64,000 bases of DNA from contig NC_134028.1 of assembly GCF_964204645.1 (NCBI RefSeq), positions 12,385,263 to 12,449,262 of the forward strand, in the 5' to 3' direction. Positions 1 through 13,039 of the stretch are shown in pieces. The position numbers and the translations under genes are program-made. The notes below the pieces were generated by a model that saw nothing but the letters and a program-made list of their open reading frames with translations, did not search any database and was not told the DNA's origin. The stretch is from Tubulanus polymorphus (Eukaryota; Animalia; Nemertea). Within the stretch, counting starts at the first letter, position 1. Each line of letters opens with the position of its first letter.

Positions 1-82
1 TTTCATTTCTTTCTCACGTTTAAAATCAAATCAAAAACATATGCTCGGCCCAACAGTTATATTCATTTATATATCAAAAAAA

Positions 83-838
83 TTACTCTTTACATCTTAT
101 AACTAATTCATAAATTACAGGAAAGTTATTCAAATCAATTAAGTATCCATTGTGATTTCTTACTTCTAATTTGAAATTATTGAAATGTGGAATACAAGGT
201 TTAAAATCACATTCAGCTAAATTATAATTTATTTGAGTTCCAAATTGTTTAACATTCTTCAATGGTAAAATATTTAATATACTAGAATTACAAATTGTAT
301 CTTTAGTTGCTTCAAATGTTTTTGTAGGATCAATTAAATTACAATAAATATAAAAGTGTGTAAAAGTCATTAAATTTGTATAAGTTTCGATACTTGAATA
401 ATCTCTATCTGGAAGAATTCCAGACAGTTTAGCTAAGGGTTTTCTTACTAGAAATCTATGTTGTTCATTAGTTAACTTTATTCTTACTTTATTCGAACTA
501 TTACTTTTAATAAATTTAATTTCAAATCTAGCAGCTGCACCCATTTTTAAACGAGCTCTTCTATTAATTTCTTGCGCTAATGTTTTTAAATTATATAATC
601 CTGGTTTTAGATGAGGATGAACCCATTTATTCAAATTTCTAACATGAATTTTAAAAGCTAAATGATCAAGAATTTTATTCGATATATTATGAAAAGAATT
701 ACATAAACTTACATAAACTAATTTCAAATCTACATAATTCTTAAATTCTCTATTTATTTGTATTAGTAAATTATGTGATTTGTAATTTGTAAGTTTTCTA
801 GAATCAACAAATATTCTGTATTCTTTTAATTCTACCAT
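83..838 (-). CDS. Putative minor capsid (penton-like) protein
   Basis: Intact 251 aa ORF homologous to 41910-42671; pattern IFVDSR..NSFHNI..PGLY..YIYCNLI..LEVRNHNGYLIDLNN resembles Polinton/virophage minor capsids. Confidence 0.6.
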   Translation of the reverse strand: MVELKEYRIFVDSRKLTNYKSHNLLIQINREFKNYVDLKLVYVSLCNSFHNISNKILDHLAFKIHVRNLNKWVHPHLKPGLYNLKTLAQEINRRARLKMGAAARFEIKFIKSNSSNKVRIKLTNEQHRFLVRKPLAKLSGILPDRDYSSIETYTNLMTFTHFYIYCNLIDPTKTFEATKDTICNSSILNILPLKNVKQFGTQINYNLAECDFKPCIPHFNNFKLEVRNHNGYLIDLNNFPVIYELVIRCKE

Positions 839-906
839 TATTTATAACATAAAAAAATTACCGCTCATCACTAAAAATTAATTTTGATAACATTTTTCCT
901 AAATAA

Positions 907-2237
907 ATGGATGAGAAGATTTTGTGGTGAACTTCAAAGAAAAAGTAATATGGCTCGACATATGAAAAAACATGATGAAAATTATAAACCCCCTAAAATA
1001 AACTGCCCAAATTGTAATAAATTATTCTCAAGAAATTATGTTAAACAACATTCAGAGAAGTGTAAAATTAATGACACAACGGTTAATGTTGATAGTAACG
1101 AAATGAAACGAAAGTAATAGTGATTCTGTTGAAGTTGAACCTGAAATTATTTGGAAAAGACCTTTCTTATTCTATGATAAGGATAATATAAAAGATCATT
1201 TCTGTGAGCCTTGTCGAATAAAATATAACCCTGAAAATATAGAGGATTGGGAGAATCATCAATTTCGTTAAGTACATATAGATAAAATTTCTAATAAATT
1301 TGAAACAGAATTCAATGAAAGAAAAAATAGTTTATTAGAAAAGATAAAATATGAGAAAACGTTACCAGATAATAAAGAAACAGTTGAAAAGTTAGAAAAA
1401 CAATATAATGAATTAGTAAGAAAAACATATTATTGTAAATATTGTAAATTGATTATTACAACAAGTAATTTAAATCTACATAATAGAACAATAAAACATA
1501 AAGAAAACGTAAATAAATACCAAGAGCTAAATGAAGATCTATTACCAAGAATTGATAGAAAAAATGCCCACAATGTATTTATGAGTACTTTAGACAAGAA
1601 GGTCCTGTGATATTTTGTAATGAATGTGGATGGCAAAAGAATTTATGGGGTATTGAAAAAACTAGAGATATTCTTATAGAACCAAAATCAAAATATCTAG
1701 ATGAAATTTTCAAGATATTTTCTATGGAAGATCATACACCAGAATATAAGCAATGGCTTGAAAAAAAAGGAAAATGATAGAAAATAAAAATGGTGAAATA
1801 ACTAAGAAAGATATAATAAAAACAATTATTCCATCAACATGTAACACAAAAGAAAAGAAAATGTATTTATATTTATTATTTAACGATTATTATAAAAAAA
1901 CCTAAATTAACAGAAGAAGATATGGAAAATATAAAAGAAACATTCAAAAAAATATTAAGAAATTATGTGGATAATAAAATAACAGATTCAATTAATTATG
2001 AATTCTTTTTAAATAAGATTGTAAATTTTTTAAACATCGATATTATAATTCCATTTGATGAATTAACGAACAAAAAGAAACAAAGAGAGCGAGATGAAAT
2101 GTGGTACAAGATAGAACTGTATTTAAATGAGAAAAAATGAAATGGAGGAACCTAAATAAATTATACAAGAACAATTAAATGAAAAAGAAGAAACCAATAG
2201 TGATTTCGAGTTTGATGATATTGATTTTATGTATTAA
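907..2237 (+). pseudogene. Multi-zinc-finger protein, disrupted
   Basis: C2H2-like motifs (CPNCNKLFSRNYVKQHSEKC); frameshifts and stops; homolog of 42740-44060. Confidence 0.75.
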
Positions 2238-2624
2238 TAACCATAAGGTAATGTTTTTATTCCATCATCTAAAATATGCCTTTTATCATCAAAAATTATG
2301 CACTTCTTATATGGGAGGAATATATGTTTTTTTTCCAAATAATCAATAGTTGAATTAGATAAAGTAACTGCTAATGTTAATTTTAAAATATCATTTATAT
2401 CAAATCTATCAACATTAACACTTCCAATTTTAAATACTTTTTTTAATACCATTGTATAACCAACAGTTCCAACTGATATTAAGGCACCATTATATAATCC
2501 ACTTATTATCCACTTATTATCACTCATTTATTAATAAAAAAAAATTACCATCTTCAAAATATTTAGTTATCTTAGTGATGATTATTTCAACATTTATTTC
2601 ATTACTAGTTTCATTTGTATGTAT

Positions 2625-3129
2625 TTAGGGTTTCTGACTTTCGTCGAAAACCCTCTTGAAATTCTGTTGATTATTATTATTATTATATATTTTCCGCCGA
2701 TTTCGTCAAATAAAATTCATCTTCATTCAGATTCGGCAACTGACAGCTTCGAAACGAAATGTATAAATTGATACTGTAATAACGGTCTCTCTGAACCAAC
2801 AGATTGTCTGAATGTACTTTCCATCCTATTTAAAACTTAAAATTACTTATTAGGTTACTGTAAATAAAGAATTGAATTGAATTGTTAGACAACAAGCACT
2901 GGCGAATAACAGTTTGTGACGTCATTTAGTAAGTAAATAAAGGAGGGCTCCGAGAATTTCCAAATCACGGGGGACAATACTGGGTTAGACCATTCAACCA
3001 AAAAGACGATTGCTCCGTTAATATCCAAATCATCTCATTTTATTTTTTCCATCGAATACCCGGTAATTAATTTTTCCTTTCGATCACATGCATCCAGAAA
3101 ACCCGTTATCGCTGCTTTGCAGCTATATT
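2625..3129 (+). mobile_element. Non-autonomous Helentron-associated element (HINE/DINE-1-like)
   Basis: 5' AGGGTTTCTG..GAAAACCCT inverted repeat, (ATT)n microsatellite, 3' CAGAAAACCC sub-TIR plus GCTGCTTTGCAGC stem-loop then TATATT; the empty site is visible near 41625. Confidence 0.8.
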
Positions 3130-4770
3130 TCAATTATTATTTTTTTAATATCATCGATAATAAAATCTTCATCTAATTCATAAAATCTTAAAGATTCTCT
3201 AATTAATAATAGTAATCTTTTCTACATTTAAAGTTTCTTTATCGATTGTTTTGTCATACTCAAATGTTGTTTCATTAGAAAATACAATATTTTTAATATG
3301 TGTACTTACATCAGTAATGTTAAATTTCATTTCTTTCTCACGTTTAAAATCAAATCCAATGGTACAAGATAGAACTTTATTTAAATGAGAAAAATGAAAT
3401 GGAGGAACCTAAACAAATTATACAAGAACAATTAAATGAAAAAGAAGAAACCAATAGTGATTTCGAGTTTGATGATATTGATTTTATGTATTAATAACCA
3501 TAAGGTAATGTTTTTATTCCATGATCTAAAATATGCCTTTTATCATCAAATGGATTCAAACTGGTTTTTTCAACTTCAATAATGTACATCTCGTGATCTT
3601 CTGATCTTAAACAATTCATTTTGAGTTTCATTCCAATTGAGTTATATAAACACTTAATATAATCTTGAAATTCTATATGTTTATCAACCACGTGCTTTGT
3701 TATTCCTTTTAACTTTTTAGCTTCATGATCTTTTGTTCTATAACTGTACATTGTACTTCTTATCCCAACAAATTCAATCATTTCATCACCCCTAATTCAT
3801 CTTTAAACTTACCAGGAATCTTATTATTATCATTACTAAATAATTCATGATCTTTGGGATAATTGCTAAAATCAAAATAATTTTTTAATGTTTTTAAGTC
3901 TTTTGTTATATCATTTGTCTTGATTTTTAGTATAAAAATGGTGAAATAACTAAGAAAGATATAATAAAAACAATTATTCCACAACATGTAACACAAAAGA
4001 AAAGAAAACGTATTTATATTTATTATTTAACGATTATTATAAAAAACCTAAATTAACAGAAGAAAATATGGAAAATATAAAAGAAACATTCAAAAAAATA
4101 ATAAGATATTATGTGGATAATAGAATAACAGATTCAATTAATTATGAATTCTTTTTAAATAAGATTGTAAATTTTTTAAACATCGATATTATAATTCCAT
4201 TTGATGAATTAACGATCAAAAAGAAACAAAGAGAGCGAGATGAAATGTGGTACAAGACAGAACTGTATTTAAATGAGAAAAAATGAAATGGAGGAACCTA
4301 AATAAATTATACAAGAACAATTAAATGAAAAAGAAGAAACCAATAGTGATTTCGAGTTTGATGATATTGATTTTATGTATTAATAACCATAAGGTAATGT
4401 TTTTATTCCATCATCTAAAATATGCCTTTTATCATCAAAAATTATGCACTTCTTATATGGGAGGAATATATGTTTTTTTTCCAAATAATCAATAGTTGAA
4501 TTAGATAAAGTAACTGCTAATGTTAATTTTAAAATATCATTTATATCAAATCTATCAACATTAACACTTCCAATTTTAAATACTTTTTTTAATACCATTG
4601 TATAACCAACAGTTCCAACTGATATTAAGGCACCATTATATAATCCACTTATTATCCACTTATTATCACTCATTTATTAATAAAAAAAAATTACCATCTT
4701 CAAAATATTTAGTTATCTTAGTGATGATTATTTCAACATTTATTTCATTACTAGTTTCATTTGTATGTAT

Positions 4771-5275
4771 TTAGGGTTTCTGACTTTCGTCGAAAACCCT
4801 CTTGAAATTCTGTTGATTATTATTATTATTATATATTTTCCGCCGATTTCGTCAAATAAAATTCATCTTCATTCAGATTCGGCAACTGACAGCTTCGAAA
4901 CGAAATGTATAAATTGATACTGTAATAACGGTCTCTCTGAACCAACAGATTGTCTGAATGTACTTTCCATCCTATTTAAAACTTAAAATTACTTATTAGG
5001 TTACTGTAAATAAAGAATTGAATTGAATTGTTAGACAACAAGCACTGGCGAATAACAGTTTGTGACGTCATTTAGTAAGTAAATAAAGGAGGGCTCCGAG
5101 AATTTCCAAATCACGGGGGACAATACTGGGTTAGACCATTCAACCAAAAAGACGATTGCTCCGATAATATCCAAATCATCTCATTTTATTTTTTCCATCG
5201 AATACCCGGTAATTAATTTTTCCTTTCGATCACATGCATCCAGAAAACCCGTTATCGCTGCTTTGCAGCTATATT
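4771..5275 (+). mobile_element. HINE copy carried within the tandem duplication
   Basis: Near-identical to 2625-3129. Confidence 0.8.
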
Positions 5276-6524
5276 TCAATTATTATTTTTTTAATATCAT
5301 CGATAATAAAATCTTCATCTAATTCATAAAATCTTAAAGATTCTCTAATTAATAATAGTAATCTTTTCTACATTTAAAGTTTCTTTATCGATTGTTTTGT
5401 CATACTCAAATGTTGTTTCATTAGAAAATACAATATTTTTAATATGTGTACTTACATCAGTAATGTTAAATTTCATTTCTTTCTCACGTTTAAAATCAAA
5501 TCCAATGGTACAAGATAGAACTTTATTTAAATGAGAAAAATGAAATGGAGGAACCTAAACAAATTATACAAGAACAATTAAATGAAAAAGAAGAAACCAA
5601 TAGTGATTTCGAGTTTGATGATATTGATTTTATGTATTAATAACCATAAGGTAATGTTTTTATTCCATGATCTAAAATATGCCTTTTATCATCAAATGGA
5701 TTCAAACTGGTTTTTTCAACTTCAATAATGTACATCTCGTGATCTTCTGATCTTAAACAATTCATTTTGAGTTTCATTCCAATTGAGTTATATAAACACT
5801 TAATATAATCTTGAAATTCTATATGTTTATCAACCACGTGCTTTGTTATTCCTTTTAACTTTTTAGCTTCATGATCTTTTGTTCTATAACTGTACATTGT
5901 ACTTCTTATCCCAACAAATTCAATCATTTCATCACCCCTAATTCATCTTTAAACTTACCAGGAATCTTATTATTATCATTACTAAATAATTCATGATCTT
6001 TGGGATAATTGCTAAAATCAAAATAATTTTTTAATGTTTTTAAGTCTTTTGTTATATCATTTGTCTTGATTTTTAGTATAAAAATGGTGAAATAACTAAG
6101 AAAGATATAATAAAAACAATTATTCCACAACATGTAACACAAAAGAAAAGAAAACGTATTTATATTTATTATTTAACGATTATTATAAAAAACCTAAATT
6201 AACAGAAGAAAATATGGAAAATATAAAAGAAACATTCAAAAAAATAATAAGATATTATGTGGATAATAGAATAACAGATTCAATTAATTATGAATTCTTT
6301 TTAAATAAGATTGTAAATTTTTTAAACATCGATATTATAATTCCATTTGATGAATTAACGATCAAAAAGAAACAAAGAGAGCGAGATGAAATGTGGTACA
6401 AGACAGAACTTTATTTAAATGAGAAAAATGAAATGGAGGAACCTAAACAAATTATACAAGAACAATTAAATGAAAAAGAAGAAACCAATAGTGATTTCGA
6501 GTTTGATGATATTGATTTTATGTA

Positions 6525-9500
6525 TTAATAACCATAAGGTAATGTTTTTATTCCATCATCTAAAATATGCCTTTTATCATCAAATGGATTCAAACTAGTT
6601 TTTTCAACTTCATTAATGTACATCTCGTGATCTTCTGATCTTAAACAATTCATTTTGTGTTTCATTACAATTGAGTTATATAAACACTTAATATAATCTT
6701 GAAATTCTATATGTTTATCAACCACGTGCTTTGTTATTCCTTTTAACTTTTTAGCTTCATGATCTTTTGTTCTATAACTGTACATTGTACTTCTTATCCC
6801 AACAAATTCAATCATTTCATCACCCCCTAATTCATCTTTAAACTTACCAGGAAACTTTTTATTATCATTACTAAATAGTTCATGATCTTTGGGATAATTG
6901 CTAAAATCAAAATAATGTTTTAATAATTTTAAGTCTTTTGTTATATCATTTGTCTTGATTTTTAGTATGTAGGCGTCCGTATTTTTTAGGATTAATGGGA
7001 ACCCAGAATTGAATGTTCCATCATCTGTTGATAAATCATAAATCATAATCATAATCTATTGGGTTATATTTTTCAAATAAATCATTAACTTCTACTGTTA
7101 ATTCTTTTTCTACATGCCTTAAATTAAAACAATTTCGTTTAGATTTAATTAATTCAATATTCATATTAAAACCTAATGAATTTCATAATATATTTAACCC
7201 TGATATAGCAACTTTTCTTTTCTGCGCAAAGGTTATCTTTTTATCCTTTGTAAATTTTTTTGAACCATCTGCAGCATAGAATCCAATGAAGGACCATTTT
7301 CTTAAAAATTATTTTTTGCATTTAATACATAATCTGGAACTATCTTTTCTTTAGTTGAAGTATTACTTTTATCTATTGCATGAATATAGAATTCATTATT
7401 ATATTTTGTAGCAAAATCTTTAGGATTATTTACAAATATTCTATAAACCGCGGATGATTTCATATGATCCACGATTCTAAATATTTTATGTGAATAAACT
7501 TGTTCACAGAATTTCTTAATTCTTTCTAATAATTTCAAATCTTGATTGCATAAATACCAACGATATTGCGTGCGATTAACATAATTATACACACCTGCTG
7601 AACAATCTCCCATAAAAAATCCTTTGATAAAATATTCTTTTTCTTGTAATGTTTCGGGTTCTATGTTATAAATATTATCAATTATTTCATAAAATGACAT
7701 ATGATTCATTCTTTGGAAAAATGTTTTATGTAATAATTCATCTCCAATTTTTATATCAGTTGGTTTTATTTCATCACCGTTTAATTAAACTATGATCTTC
7801 TTTAACATCTACAAACCCTAATTTAGTTCTAACTCTATAGATTTTCTTATTTGTTTTATGCCTAATAATATTCTTTAATTTTTTCCATCCATTTCTTGTC
7901 CAAACATCCATTAATTCATTTATTTGTATTAATTCTTTTTCACCATATGAAATATAACATTCATTTTGTTTTGGAATTATTTCTGAAATTCTTCTTACCA
8001 ATATTTTATTATTACATTTTAATAATATTGGGGTGTCAGCTGTTACAGAATCAAAATATAAGATTTCTATATGTTTTTCCCCAAAAAGTGGTTGTAAAAT
8101 ATTATAATAAAAATCATACATTAATAATTTTGATACTTCTTAAACAGTGGAACCAATGAATATAGGTTTATTAAATTTCATTGACGTTCTTTTTAATTTC
8201 ACTGCTGTTAAATAATCTTCAAATCTTTTATTTCCTAAATGTCTAGGACTTGATTGTAAATGTCTTAATCTTTCAGAATTATTTACTTATTCAATACCAC
8301 TTCTATTTCTAATATTTTCACATGTTTTACCATACAACTATTATTCATTAATTTGAAGAAATCTTTTTCAAAAAGCTGTTTTTGATATGGTTCTCTGTTG
8401 AGTATTAAAATCTATATATTTTTCTAACCACTTCGATTTATTAAATTCAATAAATCTATGTAATTTCTTTAATTTCATTCCTTGTTTTAGATAAAATTTT
8501 AACATTCTACAACTACAAAGAAATAACCAATTGGTGCTTCATCTTTTTAAACTCGCAATTGCGCTTTCCCAATCAGTTTTATCATCATTTTCAACTTCTG
8601 TTAATATAAAATTTTTGTGTGGTTGAGGTTGCATCATTGCCCAACCATATAAATTAGTGGCGTCAATATATAATAATTTATATTCATCATTTGCTGTAAA
8701 ATATCTCCCATAACACCACTAATTCCACCTCTAATTGATTTTTCAAATAATAAAACCATGTCTGGTTCTTTTAATAAATCCAATTCTACATTTGTATATT
8801 TTAAACCACATTGCCAGGTTAAACCAGGACTTGAATAACAATAACAAGGATCAACATTAAAATGATTCAAATTAACTTCTCTAAATTTTTCAAATATGTC
8901 AGCCAATATCATAACATCTGATTTTAAATACAAATCTACTAATTCACCATGATTTTTTATCTTAAAGTGATTCCAAATATTTAATGTTCTATTAAAAACT
9001 CCTCTTTTAATTGATCATAAAATTGTTCTTTTGATAATTCTGTTACATTAAAATCATCATGTGTTTTATAAAATGAATAAGGAATTGCGCCTTCATATCT
9101 CAATAATGTAAAATCTTGTTCATTTGGATAATAATGTCGAGTTATTATAAAATCATTATCAACTAAACTTTTTGCTAAATTATCTAATTAACTTGCTAGG
9201 AATCTATCAGGATCTAAAAATCTAATGCAACCAAATTGAAATGAAATGTAATTTTCAGATGTCTTAGCTAATAGTTTAAAATCATATTTTCTTACATTTG
9301 CGCCATTCATAGCATTATATTCTTCTATTTCTTGATTAATTGTGCCCAATTTTCCTGATAACTGTTTTATAAATAGATGGGTATCATAGCCCGATAAATT
9401 ATGAAATAATATTGGTACGAAATTAACTTTCTTAGCTTGTAAATAACAATCTTCATGAGCAGCTCCACGATATTTTGAATTTAAATGATCATGATCTCTA

Positions 9501-10485
9501 ATTTTTTTATCAAATGAATGAAAACGTTTTCACACAGTAACAACCATGACTTGAGTAATTAAAATCAATTTCATCTTCTTTTGTCATAACTATTCTTTTA
9601 TTTTTGTTTCATAATTTTGCAAAATCACTTTCTAATTCAATTATTTTGTTACAAAAATTATTAACTACATCTTCACCTCTTAAAGGAATATATTGACTTT
9701 GATATAATTCAGGATTATTTGATTTTATGTAAATTCCATAAGCAGCTCTTTGATGAACTTTTTTAATTGTGTTCATAATTGGTGGATCTTGAATTATATC
9801 TTCATTTAATTCATTTCCTTTATCCATTGATTTTAAAATTTGCTTTTTATTATATATTTCTTTTGTATCTTGATTAGTTAATTCTTTATTCAACGATTCA
9901 AAATCCCCATAAATTACAAATGGAACAATATTTTTAAATTTATGATTAGTAAATTTCAATTCATAATCTTTTTCTGTTGGCATTATTAATTTGCAAAAAT
10001 CTTTATTATCACATAATTCTTTATGTTTTAATAATTTATTCTCAGTTCTAAATTTAGATAAACATTTTCTACATAGAAAGAATAAATCAATTTCTTTTCA
10101 CCACATATAATGTTCATTTTCATCTTTTTTTGTAATATAACAAATCTATAACATTTTCATCATCATAACATTCTGTTAAATATAAAGCTTCTAATGTATA
10201 ATCTTTAATATTTTCACCTTTTTGTCTTTGGTAATTGTATTAATTCGAATACATTTATTTATAAATCATTATCTTTTTCTATTTTAGGAATCATTTTTAT
10301 AGTTACTGGATATTGATCAATTTTATATTTTTTTTCATATTTCTGGTAATTTGTTGTTCTATAAACATTTTCCTGAGTTGGGTGTAAGCGACTAATAATT
10401 GACCATAGAAAACATTTATTATCTTCATTTTGAATATTTATTACTGCTTTTGTTGTAAATGGTAATTTGATATAACTTGATGCTA
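6525..10485 (-). pseudogene. Protein-primed family B DNA polymerase (pPolB), frameshifted and 5'-truncated, with intein
   Basis: FVIYGDFES exonuclease motif, SIRGGISG, PGKFKDE, TSLNPFDDKR, YFD...TDA. Confidence 0.92.
6981..8049 (-). mobile_element. Intein with LAGLIDADG homing endonuclease in pPolB copy 1
   Basis: Starts SVTADTPI, contains DVKEDHSL and YFIKGFFMGD, ends FPLILKN followed by T. Confidence 0.88.
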
Positions 10486-10556
10486 CATGCATGCATGCAT
10501 GCATACATACATACATACATACATACATACATACATACATACATACATACATACAT
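10486..10556 (+). repeat. (CATG)n(CATA)n microsatellite at an element junction
   Basis: Seen directly. Confidence 0.95.
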
Positions 10557-10973
10557 AATATTAATTTAAATATAGAAATCGTTATAATATTATCTATTAT
10601 TATATTTTCAACCAATTTAACAGTCTTATTGTCAATTTGAATTATGAAATTTCTCATCTAATTTATGAATATATTTATGAGTTTCTAAACTCTTTAAATT
10701 TTTATATCTTTTATTCTTCATACTTCACAACACTTAATATTATTTATTCGATCTGAAATATAATTTATGTTATCTTTCAATTCAGTGTTCTAATTTTACA
10801 GCAATCATAGAATTCTAACAACTGTTTTATACTATAAATTGAAAAAGAAAATAAACCTGAAATCATAATAATTGATTTAATATTTTGTTGATTTTTATAT
10901 ATTAGATGTAATAAGTTTAATATATTTTCACTCATTTTTATAGTCAAAATATATGAAATTAAAAGATGCTGTT

Positions 10974-11180
10974 TTAATCCACTAAATCATTTTCTAAATT
11001 AACTTTTTTATTCTTTTTATTTCTGTGATTGTTTCCATTTAACTTACGCAATTTATTATTTTCATTCATCAAATCTTTTGAAATATTCTCATAGTAAAAA
11101 TATAATGCTGCCAATATTAAACCTCCAGCAACTAAATAATGTTTCAAATCACTTTTCCCAGTTGGAATGAAACCATCCAT
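10974..11180 (-). CDS. Small membrane protein
   Basis: HYLVAGGLILAALYFYY hydrophobic helix; degraded homolog at ~22590-22790 (+). Confidence 0.55.
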   Translation of the reverse strand: MDGFIPTGKSDLKHYLVAGGLILAALYFYYENISKDLMNENNKLRKLNGNNHRNKKNKKVNLENDLVD

Positions 11181-11678
11181 TCATTTAAGAAAAAAATTAT
11201 TAAATTGATAAAAATTTAATATTTTAGAAATATTTAACTTTTATATGTTTCAAATCAAATAACAATTAAACTTACTCCCTTAACAGTTATTCACTAACTA
11301 ATTTCTCAATGCTTTAACTACTATATATTTGAAACATACAGCTTAATCTTATTTAAATACATATATTTATTATTCTTTTAGTAATTGATGTGTTTAACTG
11401 TTTGATAATATTTTGATTCATGTGATCTTAAATATTTGCCGCCGCAATAACAATACACTTATTCATTAGGATTGAATTTTCTAAATTCATCATCTAAATT
11501 ACATTGAACTGCAATATCTTTAAATGATTTTTCATTATCTAATTCACAAATTCACATTGAATACCAATATTTGATGAATTTTCATTATAGATAATTTGTT
11601 TAAAATTGAAATAATATAATTGTCTTTTTTCAATTCATTAATTTAAGTTAATCAATTCATTATAATCTTTTGAAAGTA

Positions 11679-12008
11679 TTAAATCATCATTTCTTTCATT
11701 GAAGGAGTTTTAAGAATATTAATTACGTTTTCATCTAAAATTCCTTTAAACTTAAAAACTGTATTGAACAATTTAGGATTTTTAACGCCATTATCAAAAG
11801 TATCTACTAGTTCAGTAATTAAATATGTTTCATTTGATAATATTTGATTAATCATAGTTATGTTATCGATTTTATAATGTCTGGCGGACACTAAATTTGT
11901 TGCTGAAATATAATTTCTAATGTTAAACTGTGAAAATGATTTATTGGTTTCATTGATTTCGATTTTAAAGTTGGGTTCTTCTTCTTCAAAATTTTTATTA
12001 AAACTCAT
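11679..12008 (-). CDS. Hypothetical protein
   Basis: 109 aa ORF immediately downstream of the tandem-repeat array. Confidence 0.4.
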   Translation of the reverse strand: MSFNKNFEEEEPNFKIEINETNKSFSQFNIRNYISATNLVSARHYKIDNITMINQILSNETYLITELVDTFDNGVKNPKLFNTVFKFKGILDENVINILKTPSMKEMMI

Positions 12009-12012
12009 TCAA

Positions 12013-12440
12013 ATATAAATATTCACTGTTTTAAATATAAATTATTCCACTCACACTTTACTCACACTTTTTATGTTAAAAAATAAGAATCTAACACATA
12101 TAAATATTCACTGTTTTAAATATGAATTATTTCACTCACACTTTACTCACACTTTTAATGTTTAAAAATAAGAATTTAACGCACATAAATAAAAATATTC
12201 ACTGTTTTAAATATAAATTATTTCACTCACACTTTACTCACACTTTTAATGTTTAAAAATCAAGAATTTAAAACATATAAATATAAATATTAACTGTTTT
12301 AAATATGAATTATTTCAATCACTCTTTACTAACACTTTTAATGTTTAAAAATCTAACTCATACAAATATAAATATTGAAATAATGTTTAAAATATATCTA
12401 TATATCTATTCTATATGAGCTCACACTTTACTCACACTTT
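12013..12440. repeat. Tandem repeats of ~85-92 bp with CTCACACTTTACTCACACTTTT core
   Basis: ATTCACTGTTTTAAAT recurs at 12021, 12106, 12197 and ~12289. Confidence 0.88.
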
Positions 12441-12711
12441 TATATTGAATAATCTATCAATTTATATGTTATTCATATATATTTTATTCATGTATATGAA
12501 TATTTTAAGAGTAATAGGGGTTTAGTTGTTCTAGGTTAAAGGTTGAATGGTCGAGTTCATTAAAAACAAATATAAAAAGTAATTTAAAACTATAATATAT
12601 TTTCATAGTCGTGTGTATTTTAGTTAAATAATAGAATAATTATTATTATTTGAATATATTTGATTATATGAATTTGTGTATTGTAAATAAATCAATTGGT
12701 CGCGGAGCATT

Positions 12712-12863
12712 GAGAGGGGTTCATGAAAGAAAAGAGACTCCATGATTTGAAAGTTTAACAATATATCTCCATGCCTACCAACTGAAGTTTGGTATTTAGG
12801 CATGGAAACATATTGTTAAACTTAGAAAATCATGGAGTTACTTCTCTTCATTTAACTCCTTTC
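12712..12863. repeat. Imperfect inverted repeat (MITE-like)
   Basis: ACTCCATGATTT..AAGTTTAACAATAT..CCATGCCTA versus TAGGCATGG..ATATTGTTAAACTT..AAATCATGGAGT. Confidence 0.6.
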
Positions 12864-13039
12864 AGTGAAGACTTTTTGGATATCCTTCAATACAGTTTCA
12901 TATGGATTAAAAAATGATGATTTAGGTTGACTGCTTGTCTTCTGGTCCTACTAAGACCTTTATCAGGTATGTACTACCAAAAATTAGCTAGCTAGGCCAC
13001 CCGGAATGCTCTCAAGACAGGTTGAAATAGACATTAGTC

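Larger units (their letters stand above)
1785..6530. repeat. 2146-bp tandem duplication of a chimeric unit (ZnF 3' end / pPolB 3' end / small structural genes / HINE)
   Basis: Identical ORF pairs offset by 2146 (2234/4380, 3491/5637, 3778/5924, 4068/6214). Confidence 0.92.
1..10485. mobile_element. Partial Polinton/Maverick type A, copy 1 (penton-like gene, Zn-finger gene, rearranged duplication, pPolB with intein; pPolB 5' end lost)
   Basis: Colinear and highly similar to 41830-48255 of the TIR-bounded element; ends at a (CATA)n microsatellite. Confidence 0.9.
10560..12707 (-). mobile_element. End fragment of a hairpin-ended (type B) element: half hairpin, tandem repeats, small ORFs
   Basis: 12510-12707 matches the reverse complement of 53757-53955; ORFs match 22300-23150 in the opposite orientation. 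Confidence 0.75.

Noticed and set aside
2234-2527. Novel fusion protein of a small structural gene and the pPolB tail
   Set aside because: Product of the rearrangement junction, with no evidence of selection
10259-10657. ORF with MYVC repeats
   Set aside because: Artefact of the (CATA)n microsatellite fused to a pPolB fragment
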